Below, piece by piece: positions 8,204-18,038 of a stretch of 39,443 bases of DNA. Location of the stretch: the NCBI GenBank assembly GCA_046538485.1, contig JBKHIT010000046.1, forward strand, positions 1 through 39,443, in the 5' to 3' direction. Every line of letters begins with the position of its first letter. The stretch's first letter is position 1. This stretch comes from Candidatus Brocadiia bacterium (lineage in GTDB: Bacteria > Planctomycetota > Brocadiia > SM23-32). The notes under the pieces were generated by a model. The model did no database searches and was not told where the DNA came from. It saw only the letters and a program-made list of their open reading frames with translations. The translations under genes and the position numbers were made by a program.

Positions 8204-8938
8204 ATGCTCGCGAGAAAGTCCCTTCGTACGATCGTTATTATCCCGACCTATAATGAAAGGGAGAATATTGTCCGTCTCTGCAAGAAAGTCCTTTCGCAGG
8301 GGAATTCGTTGGATGTTCTGGTGGTTGATGATGATTCTCCCGACGGCACAGGTGAGGCGGTCCAGAAAGAAACTGAAAATAACGCCAGGATTAATCTGCT
8401 TTCACGGTCGGGAAAACAGGGGTTGGGAACGGCACATATCGCTGGCTATTTGTGGGGATTTAAGCGAGGATACGACCGAATTGTGACAATGGACGCCGAC
8501 TTTTCCCATCCTCCGGAGCGAATACCGGCGATGATCAAATTAAGCCGTAGCTGCGAGGTTGTAATCGGTTCCCGTTACATTGAGGGAGGGGGATATGAGG
8601 ATTGGCCGCTTCATCGGATATTTCTCAGCGCCGCTTCGAACTGGGTCGCTCGTACATTTCTCCGGTTGACTCCGAGAGACTGCACCGGGGCTTTCCGCTG
8701 TTTCCAGACCGGGGCGTTGAGAGAGATTCCCTTGGAAAACATACGAGCTACCGGATATGATTTTCAGGAGGAAATGTTATGGCAATGTTCGGGGCGAGGA
8801 TGGGATATCGGTGAGGTGCCCATTACTTTTGCCCAGAGGGAGGCCGGGTCATCGAAAATAAATCTCGGGGAAATTGTGAGGGCAGCCTGGACGGTTTTAC
8901 GTTTGGTGTTTACTCCTGATGGCGAGCGAAGAAAATGA
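8204..8938 (+). CDS. GT2 glycosyltransferase, polyprenol-phosphate mannose synthase (Dpm1/Ppm1)-like
   Basis: IIPTYNERENI, VVDDDSPDGT, KQGLGTA, MDADFSHPP, VIGSRY, DCTGAFR, EVPITF.R..G.SK. Confidence 0.9.
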   Translation: MLARKSLRTIVIIPTYNERENIVRLCKKVLSQGNSLDVLVVDDDSPDGTGEAVQKETENNARINLLSRSGKQGLGTAHIAGYLWGFKRGYDRIVTMDADFSHPPERIPAMIKLSRSCEVVIGSRYIEGGGYEDWPLHRIFLSAASNWVARTFLRLTPRDCTGAFRCFQTGALREIPLENIRATGYDFQEEMLWQCSGRGWDIGEVPITFAQREAGSSKINLGEIVRAAWTVLRLVFTPDGERRK

Positions 8939-8979
8939 GACGGGATGAATAAGAACATTTAAGAACGGAGTTTTAGATC

Positions 8980-9897
8980 ATGCTACAAAGCGGTACAAAT
9001 AAACGTATCTGGCCCATTGCGGTCGCGAGTTTAGTGGTCGTTTCGGTCTTCGCAGCCTCGGGGTGCAGCAGCCTGAGTGAGAAAGAACGGGATTACCTGC
9101 GGGGCGAACGTGCTGCAGCCAAAAATCTTTTACAGGAGTTTGCTTCTGCCGTGCGCCAGGACAATTTGCCCGCTGCAATGGGGAAACTCCATCCGAACTT
9201 GTCTGTGAGGGAACGCAAAGCTTTCAAAGAGCGCCTGCGATTGGCTTCATGGCTGGAACTTTACAGTAGTTATCAGCCGAATTTAGACGCCGCTATGTCA
9301 AACATGTCTTTTAAGGAGGCCCAGAACGGTTTTGCCAAAATGCGCGTTCCCGCTCGTTCCTCGAATGCGGGACGGTTCAAGGATCGATATCTGCTCGTTA
9401 AAAGCGGGGACGAATGGAAAATAGGAAATGTCAAATTTCAGAAACCAATTGTCGGGGAACCCCTGGATTTTCCAGAGACTGAAGAGGAGGAGATACGGTC
9501 GATTCTCGAACCGGTTTTTGAGGATCTACGCGATGGCAGGATCGCGAAGATCCTCGCGGCTCTTCCGGGGGATAAATCGGTCTACCATAGTGTTGAAAGG
9601 CCGGGTTGGTTCGGTAAGCTTATTGGGCAGAAAACCAAGGTTTACAACCTCATGGAAGATCTTGAGGCAGTTTACAAACTACAAATCGCGCAGTGGCCGG
9701 ACCTGCGAGATCCTTTGCCGGCCGCTTATCTGTCGCCCGTTTCCACCGTTATCGTTTTTGATATTCCATATAGCAGTCATCGAATGGGCATCGGGCACGA
9801 TACTTTGCAGCTGGAATGTTTTGTTTCACAGAGTCCGGAAGGTTGGGAAGTGGAGTATGTCCGTGTTTTTGGAAAGGCCCTGAGTCATAAGAAATAG
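8980..9897 (+). CDS. Hypothetical lipoprotein, probably two NTF2-like domains
   Basis: SD GGAG, basic N-terminus, hydrophobic stretch and lipobox-like ASGC; each half starts with an amphipathic helix and ends in a strand-turn-W(K/E)(I/V) motif. Confidence 0.65.
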   Translation: MLQSGTNKRIWPIAVASLVVVSVFAASGCSSLSEKERDYLRGERAAAKNLLQEFASAVRQDNLPAAMGKLHPNLSVRERKAFKERLRLASWLELYSSYQPNLDAAMSNMSFKEAQNGFAKMRVPARSSNAGRFKDRYLLVKSGDEWKIGNVKFQKPIVGEPLDFPETEEEEIRSILEPVFEDLRDGRIAKILAALPGDKSVYHSVERPGWFGKLIGQKTKVYNLMEDLEAVYKLQIAQWPDLRDPLPAAYLSPVSTVIVFDIPYSSHRMGIGHDTLQLECFVSQSPEGWEVEYVRVFGKALSHKK

Positions 9898-9903
9898 TAA
9901 CGA

Positions 9904-10893
9904 ATGGTACACACCATGGTTTTCCCTTGCCTTACGGTGCCGGATCGCGCCGACGGTCAGAAGCTACTTGCTTTTCTGAGCCAACGCTTCATTAACGAAT
10001 CGAAGACCAGCTTGCGGCGGCTGGTGGGGGAAGGGCAAATTCTTGTTAACGGGCAACGAGTCAGCACGGGCACGACGGTGTGGCGTGGGAATTCTATCAC
10101 GGTCCCATGGGAACTGAATTTTGGCCCTCCTCCTCAGGGAGCATCAAAGCCGGAAGTTTTGTGGGAAGATGATTGCCATGTTGTGTTAAATAAGCCGCCC
10201 GGCGTAACGGTTCTGCCGGCTCGCGATGGGACGCAAGAATTTTACGACAGGATTGTTTCGTACATGAATCGCAATAGTTCTCGGGGCGGGCCTTACGTGC
10301 GACCCCATGTTGTGCATCGGCTCGATCGCGGTACGTCTGGCGTTCTTATCGTTGCTAAAACACCCTCGGCGAGCAAAGCTTTGTCCCGGCAATTTCAGGA
10401 TCGCACTATTAAAAAGACTTATCTTGCCGTAGTGGAGGGGCGCTTCCCCGTGGAGTCGGCCGAAGTCGATTTGCCTTTGTCGCGGTCGGATTCCAGTGAG
10501 CTCGCAATGGTGGTCGATGAACAGAGTGGCAAACCAGCGCGCACCAGCATTATGCGCGAACGCGTATTCCGACATTTTTCGCTCTTGCGAGTTAAGCCCC
10601 ATACGGGGCGTCAGCATCAGATACGTGTCCACCTGCGCGCAACAGGGTATCCCCTCGTCGTGGACTTTCTTTATGGTCGGCGTCGAATACTGAGGGGCGA
10701 AGAATTCCACCAGATGATAGGCAAAAAGGTGGTCGATCCCGGGGACATTTTGCTGGAGAGATTTCCTCTTCACGCACAGTCAATCCGATATCGTTCTCCT
10801 GGAGAAACCGATGCTATTCGGGAGGTGGAGGCAGCTTTTCCAGAGGATCTGCACGGGTTTGTTTCGTATTTAGAAAAGTTCGATGAGTGTTGA
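9904..10893 (+). CDS. RluA/RluD-family pseudouridine synthase with N-terminal S4-like domain
   Basis: VLNKPPG, VHRLDRGTSGVL, KTYLAVVEG, TGRQHQIRVHL, LHA motifs. Confidence 0.94.
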   Translation: MVHTMVFPCLTVPDRADGQKLLAFLSQRFINESKTSLRRLVGEGQILVNGQRVSTGTTVWRGNSITVPWELNFGPPPQGASKPEVLWEDDCHVVLNKPPGVTVLPARDGTQEFYDRIVSYMNRNSSRGGPYVRPHVVHRLDRGTSGVLIVAKTPSASKALSRQFQDRTIKKTYLAVVEGRFPVESAEVDLPLSRSDSSELAMVVDEQSGKPARTSIMRERVFRHFSLLRVKPHTGRQHQIRVHLRATGYPLVVDFLYGRRRILRGEEFHQMIGKKVVDPGDILLERFPLHAQSIRYRSPGETDAIREVEAAFPEDLHGFVSYLEKFDEC

Positions 10894-11119
10894 GAGTAAG
10901 TTTTGCGCCGCGCTGAACGGGGGAGAGATGTCGGAAAAGCTCTGGCTATATTAAAAGGCGATTCGACAATGTGTTTCAGAGAGTCGGCTCTTTCTGTTGA
11001 AAAGAGGGGGCTGGAATGTTACCCTTAACTGCAAGAAAAATCTGAATTCGGCCGATATTTAACTGACAGTGGTACTGGTTGTATTGCGCTTAATCCGCTG
11101 TTAACACAAGGGGAATAAA

Positions 11120-12382
11120 GTGCCTGGGAAAACTCCTGTTCTTATCATGATTCAGGGCCATGAGCCCGGTTCACGCTGGAGACTTCAGGAGACCCGTGTG
11201 ACGACGATCGGAAGGTCTTCCCGAAACCAGATAAGTCTGGTGAACCCCTCTGTAAGTCGTTTTCACTGTGAAATTTCGTACATCAATGGTTTGTGGTACG
11301 TAGCTGATCTTAACAGCAAAAAGGGCACGTTTTTGAATGGACGGCAGGTGACGGAAAGAGAGGTTTTGAAACCGGGTGATATTGTTCGGGTAAGCAAGAA
11401 CGTCTTCAAATTTGATCTTGTCGACGAAACTGCTAAACAAGACGAGGGATTGCTGGCAATTCGCGAGGCCAGCATGGGTACGGAGATTCAGGAAAAAGAT
11501 GCCCATCGTGATCATCTTGATGAAATGCGTCAGCGCCAGCAATTTGAGCTTGAGGCCAAACAGGAATCAGAAGAAGAAGTTGAGGAACCCGCGTTTGGAG
11601 CAATTCTCCGTCAGATATCCTTCGTTCTTTTTGTAGGGCTTGTGGTGGCATTGCTTACCGCCGGCACGCTGGCCTATGGAAAAAGCCAGGCACAGCGCAA
11701 AAGGGAGAGCCAGGAAGCAGTTGCTGAGAGTGCGGCGAGAGCTCTCAGAGATGCTTTGGAACTGGCAAATGGGCGGATTGAGAATTATCCCCGTGCGTTG
11801 GAAGCTCTGGAAGAAGTGAGAGAAAAATACGAGGGATTCCCGGAAGCAGAAAGAGCTGCGAGAAGGCATCTGCGGTGCCAGGGAGAGTGGTTTGAAAATG
11901 GAATGGAAAAAATTGAAAAATATGAGAAAGAAGGGCGGTTTGATGAGGCGCTGGCGTACGAAGAAAAGCTTTTGAAAGGTTTGGAACGGAAAAGACTTCT
12001 GAGTTTTGTTGACCGGCGTCAGGATTTTACGCTGCGAATGGCGGGGACCGTTTACAGAAGAATGGACCAGACGGCGCAGGAACTTCTTGATAATGGAGAG
12101 ACTTCGGAAGCACGGGAAATTTACCGGGAAGCTGCCGATAGAATTGGCGTGCCTTCACTGGTTCGCGAAGCCAGACAGAAAATGTCCAAAATTCCCGAAA
12201 CAACGGGGGACCAAAGGGAGGGCGAAGGAAATGCTGACACAGGAGAGGAGTCGACTGAAGAAAGCGAGACTGAAGATGAGGCCGAAAGCGGGGCGGACGA
12301 AGATGAAGCCGAATCGGAGGACGAGCGCACACCGTCTGAAGAAGAACTGAATGAAAGATTAAAACCACCGAAAGTCTGGTAA
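11120..12382 (+). CDS. FHA-domain membrane protein with helical (TPR-like) ectodomain and acidic tail
   Basis: TIGRS..VSRFH..DLNSKKGTFLNG..GDIV FHA signature; one TM helix (ISFVLFVGLVVALLTAGTLAY); GTG start after AAGGGG. Confidence 0.88.
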   Translation: MPGKTPVLIMIQGHEPGSRWRLQETRVTTIGRSSRNQISLVNPSVSRFHCEISYINGLWYVADLNSKKGTFLNGRQVTEREVLKPGDIVRVSKNVFKFDLVDETAKQDEGLLAIREASMGTEIQEKDAHRDHLDEMRQRQQFELEAKQESEEEVEEPAFGAILRQISFVLFVGLVVALLTAGTLAYGKSQAQRKRESQEAVAESAARALRDALELANGRIENYPRALEALEEVREKYEGFPEAERAARRHLRCQGEWFENGMEKIEKYEKEGRFDEALAYEEKLLKGLERKRLLSFVDRRQDFTLRMAGTVYRRMDQTAQELLDNGETSEAREIYREAADRIGVPSLVREARQKMSKIPETTGDQREGEGNADTGEESTEESETEDEAESGADEDEAESEDERTPSEEELNERLKPPKVW

Positions 12383-13272
12383 TGAGCAGCCCCGCGATCA
12401 ATCAGGATGAGTTGATACAACAGGCCGTTATTGGGGAAATATCGCCGCCTCGTGTCCCAAAAGACCGCCAGTGGCGGGTGGGTCCGGATGGCATCCCCAG
12501 AGCACTTCCTGGTGTCGGGGGAATAACTTACAATCTGAAAGTGGGCCAGAGTGCTATAAACTGGGCTGCCGACCACGTTGAACCCGGAGTATCGGTCAGA
12601 ACCGACAGGGATGATACGAATACCGCGCTCAATATGCTTGCCTGCGTGGGAAATGAAGCGACAGTGGTGAGCGGTGATGCGAAAGGTGCCCCGGGTATAG
12701 TGACTGGAAAACACGGTGGAGTCGATCATATTCTTGTGGATTTTGCGAACGAAACTCTCGAAAAACTCGTCATCGGCGATAAAATACAGATCCGCGCATG
12801 TGGTTTAGGGGCTGAGTTCAGAGATTTGCACGATATTCGCGTCATGAATGTCGATCCGCGACTTATTGTCGCGATGAATTTGACTGTTGAAGAGGGAAAA
12901 TTGAAAGTGCCGGTTTCCCATAAAATCCCGGCAGCCCTGATGGGCAGCGGGATTGGACGCGATAATGTGTTTTGCGGTGATTACGATATACAAGTTTTTG
13001 ACGAACAGACAGTCAATGATCAGAACCTGAATGAGCTGCGAATCGGTGATTTTGTCGCGGTAATGGACCAGGATCATACTTTTGGGCGCGTCTACCATAG
13101 CGGAGCCGTCAGCGTCGGCGTGATTGTCCACAGTTGTTGCGTTCAAGCCGGCCACGGACCAGGGTTTACAACGCTGCTGACCAGCCGAAAAGGGTTACTC
13201 GATCCTGTATTGGACGAGAACGCTAATATCGCAGCGTATCTCGATATCGGAACCGAGCGGGTTAAAAGTTAG
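12382..13272 (+). CDS. DUF4438-like protein (Thermotoga TM1086 family), function unknown
   Basis: LPGVGGITYN..G..A....DHVEPGVS, ACVGN.A.V.SG.AKG..G.VTGKHGG.DH, MGSG.G, GDYDIQ, GHGPG motifs recalled from this family; start overlaps the FHA stop (TAATG). Confidence 0.8.
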   Translation: MSSPAINQDELIQQAVIGEISPPRVPKDRQWRVGPDGIPRALPGVGGITYNLKVGQSAINWAADHVEPGVSVRTDRDDTNTALNMLACVGNEATVVSGDAKGAPGIVTGKHGGVDHILVDFANETLEKLVIGDKIQIRACGLGAEFRDLHDIRVMNVDPRLIVAMNLTVEEGKLKVPVSHKIPAALMGSGIGRDNVFCGDYDIQVFDEQTVNDQNLNELRIGDFVAVMDQDHTFGRVYHSGAVSVGVIVHSCCVQAGHGPGFTTLLTSRKGLLDPVLDENANIAAYLDIGTERVKS

Positions 13273-13318
13273 CCGGGTCCTCGTGAACCTTGCCCCCGCC
13301 CAGGTCAACGGAGAAAGA

Positions 13319-15724
13319 ATGGAATACGAAGAGTTTGGCAAATTTACCCTTCTGGACCATATGGGTAAGGGAGGCGTGGCGAGTGTGTACCGCGCCAACG
13401 ATAATGAAGCGGGCAATATCGTCGCCATTAAGATCTTCGAGCCCACCGATACTCGTCCCCCGGATGTTGTTCGCAAGTTGCGGGATCGGGAAGTGCGCAT
13501 GCTGATCAGTATGCAGCATCCAAATGTTGTGAAATATTACGAATCGGGGAGCGTTGACGAATCCTATTATTATACCATGGAATTCGTCGAGAATAGCCTC
13601 CTGGAAAGGATGCGTGAATCCGATGGGCTGGAAGTCATTGATAAGGTACATATCCTTCGCCAGACCTCCAATGCACTACAGGCTATTCACCATCAGGGGA
13701 TCGTTCACCGTGATATCAAGCCTGGAAATATCCTTCTGGATGAAGCCCCAAGCGGAGCGATCCACGTCAAGGTAACGGATCTCGGTATCGCGAAACACGT
13801 CAGTGAAACTGACATTGTGCGCGATGAGGAGTCATCCCGCCGGGTTCCGGGTACGCCCAAATACCTGTCCCCGGAACAGATTCAGCTCAAACCAGTCGAC
13901 GGCCGGGCTGATATTTTCAGCCTCGGGGTCGTGGCGTTTGAATTGCTGGCCGGTCAGCCTCCCTTTCAAGCCAGCACGAGCGATGAGTACCTCCGGGCGA
14001 ACCTGAATCAGGATGTTGAACCGGCCCACCACGTAAACGGGGATATTCCGGCGTTTATAAGCCCGATGGTTAGCCGAATGCTTAAGAAAGATCGAGAAGA
14101 CCGCTACGATTCCGATACGCTTGCCCGCGATCTGGAACTGACTTACCAGCATCTGGTCAGCGACGCTCCCCTGGTAGAAAATGAAAACCCTGAATCAATT
14201 TACTACGTTCCGCCTGTGCCGGAAGGGGAAGAAGAGCCTGTTCCCGAAGAGGAAGCAAGCAGAACGTGGCAATACGTCGTTTCCCTCGGTCTCCTTCTGA
14301 TTGGTATTGGCGTCTGCCTGAAATTCTACCCGCGATTCGAATCGGAGCTTCCGCAGCATGAAGCCCCGTCGCTCGGAGGACTCCAAATGGAGGTAGGGGA
14401 GGCTCTTGATAAAACCAGAGAGCTCCTCGCCGCTAATTCCCGATGGGAAGCCCTGGCCTTCCTGCGAAATTTGCGCACGAAAAGCATGAACCAGGAACAA
14501 AAACTACGTTGGCAACGCTATCGGGACCAGGTGCAACGTGCTGTCGTCAGTGGCGCTTTTGAACAAGCAAAGAAAGAGATTGAGCAGGGGCACCTGACGG
14601 AAGCAAAAATCGTGCTGAAACGAATGGAAGATTTCTTCCCTCTGGCTCCTGAAACCGCTGAGATCGAAAAGGAAATAGAGGAATACGTTGAGACCCAGGA
14701 GGAGAGACACGAATGGCAGGATACGGTCATCTCCTTGAATAAAGCAGTTGCCAACAGGGAGTGGGAAGAAACAATCGAACAGGCAGAAAAGCTTCTGGGG
14801 AAGGTGAGTGATAGCAAAAGGAAAAGCCAGCTCCAGAAACTTATTGTTAAAGCTGTCAATGGATGGCAAGAGAAGGTGCTGAATTCCGAGCCCGATCCAC
14901 GTAAGATTCGCGAGCTCAGGGAGGAGCTCCAGAAGTACCGCAGACGTTCCTGGGCAAAGGGCAAGATTGAAGACCACGGGGCCGAATTCCTCTGGCAGAC
15001 CGTCCGCTATTGGGCCAGACTGAAGAGGCCGGAGGAAACCCTGGATGCGTGTCAAAAGCTGTTCGAGGAATATCCGGGAAGCCCAGAAGCCCAGAAAGCA
15101 AGGCAAACTCGCGAAGGAATCGTCCAAAAAGGCCTGAAACTTGACCCTTATGATTTAGAGGTTGTCGCGGGAGATATTTCTGCGAATGGATTTAAAGGGA
15201 AAACCTGGTATACCCGTTGCCCTGAAGGCTGCACACAGGAGATTGAAGAAGGTGTTTTGCGTTTTACGCTGGAGGGAGGCACTGCTGAACGAGAAGCCAA
15301 CCGTTCCAGAATCCGTCCCATACGCAGCAACCGTGGGTTTGATCTTAGACTGAAATTCAGAATGAAAGCGCATCAAGAAGACGAAATAAAAATCTCCGAA
15401 GCCGGGTTTCGAATAAGAGATCGGGGAGATAATAAAATTTCCATGTTTTTCGATGGCTCAGACTACCAGATGGAACGGGCACTCAGGGGCCTAACGGGAC
15501 GGAGGGAACTGCAGGACGGTTTTGCTGATGAAGATGAAGAATGGTACGAGCTTTCAGCGCTCTATCAGTACGATCTCAGTAAACTTCGGCTTTATGTCGA
15601 TGGTTTGCTTGTGGCCGAAGAATCGGTTGAACTCGGCGTTTTTAAGCTGACAGTTTTTGCCAGAGTCAAAGGAGGGGGGAAAATGCAGGCGGAGTTCAAG
15701 GATATAAAATGCGATCTGCCGTAG
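13319..15724 (+). CDS. Membrane-anchored Hanks-type Ser/Thr protein kinase with TPR-like and putative ConA/LamG-like ectodomain
   Basis: GKGGVASVY, VAIK, HPNVV, HRDIKPGN, TDLG, GTPKYLSPE, DIFSLG; one TM; C-terminal WYEL...LRLYVDG. ATG 13319 has SD GGAG. Confidence 0.93.
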   Translation: MEYEEFGKFTLLDHMGKGGVASVYRANDNEAGNIVAIKIFEPTDTRPPDVVRKLRDREVRMLISMQHPNVVKYYESGSVDESYYYTMEFVENSLLERMRESDGLEVIDKVHILRQTSNALQAIHHQGIVHRDIKPGNILLDEAPSGAIHVKVTDLGIAKHVSETDIVRDEESSRRVPGTPKYLSPEQIQLKPVDGRADIFSLGVVAFELLAGQPPFQASTSDEYLRANLNQDVEPAHHVNGDIPAFISPMVSRMLKKDREDRYDSDTLARDLELTYQHLVSDAPLVENENPESIYYVPPVPEGEEEPVPEEEASRTWQYVVSLGLLLIGIGVCLKFYPRFESELPQHEAPSLGGLQMEVGEALDKTRELLAANSRWEALAFLRNLRTKSMNQEQKLRWQRYRDQVQRAVVSGAFEQAKKEIEQGHLTEAKIVLKRMEDFFPLAPETAEIEKEIEEYVETQEERHEWQDTVISLNKAVANREWEETIEQAEKLLGKVSDSKRKSQLQKLIVKAVNGWQEKVLNSEPDPRKIRELREELQKYRRRSWAKGKIEDHGAEFLWQTVRYWARLKRPEETLDACQKLFEEYPGSPEAQKARQTREGIVQKGLKLDPYDLEVVAGDISANGFKGKTWYTRCPEGCTQEIEEGVLRFTLEGGTAEREANRSRIRPIRSNRGFDLRLKFRMKAHQEDEIKISEAGFRIRDRGDNKISMFFDGSDYQMERALRGLTGRRELQDGFADEDEEWYELSALYQYDLSKLRLYVDGLLVAEESVELGVFKLTVFARVKGGGKMQAEFKDIKCDLP

Positions 15725-15991
15725 CAATTGCGCATTCCCCCAAATCGAAACTGCGCCTGGACTTGCCCGGCCTGCATCTTTCAGATTCAAGTTCAATGAA
15801 ACGGGCGCATTTCGTTTAGCCTGAATTTGTGGCCGAGAGTCAATGCGCGCCGTATTCATTAAACAGGTGCCGGTCGGTTTGAACCGGTTCCTTGAATTTG
15901 TCGGTAAAATCCGGTCCTGAACCGTCTGCCTCGCCGGGCGACGCGCCGAAAAAATACCTCGCGCTGTTGTTTCCGTCAGGAACCCGAAAGC

Positions 15992-17953
15992 ATGTGTGGA
16001 ATCTGTGGTATCGTAGATTACGGCGAAAATCGTCGTTTTGACTCGAAACTCGAGCTGCTTTTGGACCGCATGTGTCAGAACCTTACGCACCGGGGGCCAG
16101 ACAATCAGGATGTGGAAATCTTTCGCACAAAGGGACACGGCTCGGCTTCTGTCCCGGTGGGTTTAGGACATCGGCGTCTCAGCATCATCGATCTGGTCCG
16201 GGGACAACAGCCCATGTGCAACGAGGATCAAGACGTATGGACGGTCTTCAATGGCGAAATATACAATTTCCAGTCCATCAGGCGACGCCTCAAATGCGCG
16301 GGCCACCAGTTCCGAACAAATTGCGATACCGAATGTCTCGTCCACGAATACGAAGAAAAAGCTGCAGGTATGGTCGAACAACTCCGCGGAATGTTCGCTT
16401 TTGCTATATGGGATCATCAAAAACAAGAATTTTTGCTCGCCCGTGATCGATTGGGACAAAAACCGCTTTACTATCTGCACGACAGTAAAAACGAGATTTT
16501 CGCTTTCGCCAGCGAAATAAAGGCGCTTGCCGAAATTCCGGGTTTCGACCGAACGGTTGATCTCGGTGCCCTCAATTATTATCTCACTTATCAGTACGTC
16601 CCATATCCCTATTCCATGTTTAAGAGCGTCAGAAAGCTCCCACCAGCCCATACGCTCAGCTTTGATCCGCAAAGCGGCAAAACGGAACTCAAACAATACT
16701 GGCAGCCTCAGACCGGTGCGCCTGACTTTAGTTCTTACCCCGACGCACGCGAGGCACTTCGGGCCGAACTCAGCGAAGCCGTGAAACTCAGGCTGATGAG
16801 TGATGTCCCGCTGGGCGCTTTCCTGAGCGGAGGGATCGATTCGTCAATTACCGTCGCTCTTATGAACGAAGCGATGCCCGGGCGGGTACAAACATTTTCC
16901 ATAGGTTTTGAGGAAAAACGTTACGACGAGTCGGATTATGCGAAGCTCGTAGCCAGGCATTGCGGAACGGACCACACCCAGAAGATCGTCCGTCCCAATG
17001 CTCTTGAAATTCTCCCGGAACTTGTCTGGCACTATGATGAACCTTTCGGAGATTCCTCGGCTATCCCTACCTATTACGTCAGCCAGCTCGCGCGTCAGAA
17101 TGTGAAAGTCGTTCTGACAGGGGATGCCGGCGATGAATGTTTCGCCGGCTACCCCCGGTATTTTGCTGCCTGGTTCGGAGAACTGTGGGACCGTCTCCCC
17201 AAACCGCTTCGAGATCTTTCAAGATCCAGTTTCTGGGAGAAGATGCCGGTTTCGGTCGAGGGTAAAACACTTCTGCGGCGTCTCCGCCGGCTAATGCGGG
17301 GCCTCAGTTTGCCCGCGCAAAAACGTTACCTGGACTGGATCAGTATCTTCGACGGCACGGCGCGAGAAAAACTGCTGACCCCAGAAATCCGCGAGAATAT
17401 GGATTTGAACGGCCCGGAGGAATTTTTAAATGAACTTTACGGAGAAATGAAACAGGGGAATTTTGTACAGCGTACAACAAGCGTCGACTTGATGAGCTAT
17501 CTACCTTGTGATTTGCTCAAGAAAGTGGATATCGCTTCAATGGCCCACGGACTGGAAGCGCGATCGCCATTTCTCGATTATAAAATCGTAGAACTGGCCG
17601 GGCGTATTCCAATTCACTGGAAACTCCGCCCTGGAATAAATGGGATGCCCGGCAAATATATCCTGAAAGATGCTTTCGCAGACCTTTTGCCGCGGCCTGT
17701 GCTGTTGCGGCGAAAAATGGGCTTCGGAGTTCCACTCGGCAGGTGGTTCCGCAAGGATCTGCGGGAACTCGCCCGGGACGTTTTATTGTCAGCCTCTGCG
17801 CGCCAGCGGGGATATTTCATTGAGGACGAAGTGGAACGTCTGGTTGAGGAGCATACGCAGGGCTCAGCGGACCACGGATACCGATTGTGGTCGCTCCTTA
17901 TGCTGGAGCTTTGGCACCGTCAGTTCGTTGACGATGGGCCGTTGGGGCTTTAG
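15992..17953 (+). CDS. asnB: Asparagine synthase (glutamine-hydrolysing) family amidotransferase
   Basis: MCGICG Ntn N-terminus, HRGPD, RLSIIDL, FNGEIYN, ARDRLGQKPLY, FLSGGIDSS, LEARSPFLD. Confidence 0.95.
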   Translation: MCGICGIVDYGENRRFDSKLELLLDRMCQNLTHRGPDNQDVEIFRTKGHGSASVPVGLGHRRLSIIDLVRGQQPMCNEDQDVWTVFNGEIYNFQSIRRRLKCAGHQFRTNCDTECLVHEYEEKAAGMVEQLRGMFAFAIWDHQKQEFLLARDRLGQKPLYYLHDSKNEIFAFASEIKALAEIPGFDRTVDLGALNYYLTYQYVPYPYSMFKSVRKLPPAHTLSFDPQSGKTELKQYWQPQTGAPDFSSYPDAREALRAELSEAVKLRLMSDVPLGAFLSGGIDSSITVALMNEAMPGRVQTFSIGFEEKRYDESDYAKLVARHCGTDHTQKIVRPNALEILPELVWHYDEPFGDSSAIPTYYVSQLARQNVKVVLTGDAGDECFAGYPRYFAAWFGELWDRLPKPLRDLSRSSFWEKMPVSVEGKTLLRRLRRLMRGLSLPAQKRYLDWISIFDGTAREKLLTPEIRENMDLNGPEEFLNELYGEMKQGNFVQRTTSVDLMSYLPCDLLKKVDIASMAHGLEARSPFLDYKIVELAGRIPIHWKLRPGINGMPGKYILKDAFADLLPRPVLLRRKMGFGVPLGRWFRKDLRELARDVLLSASARQRGYFIEDEVERLVEEHTQGSADHGYRLWSLLMLELWHRQFVDDGPLGL

Positions 17954-18038
17954 GGTGTATTTAAGTGGCGGCGGAGTTATCTGCTGAAATAACATCTCAC
18001 TACTGACCCGGTTCGGCCAGATTGCGCTCGGAGGAAGA

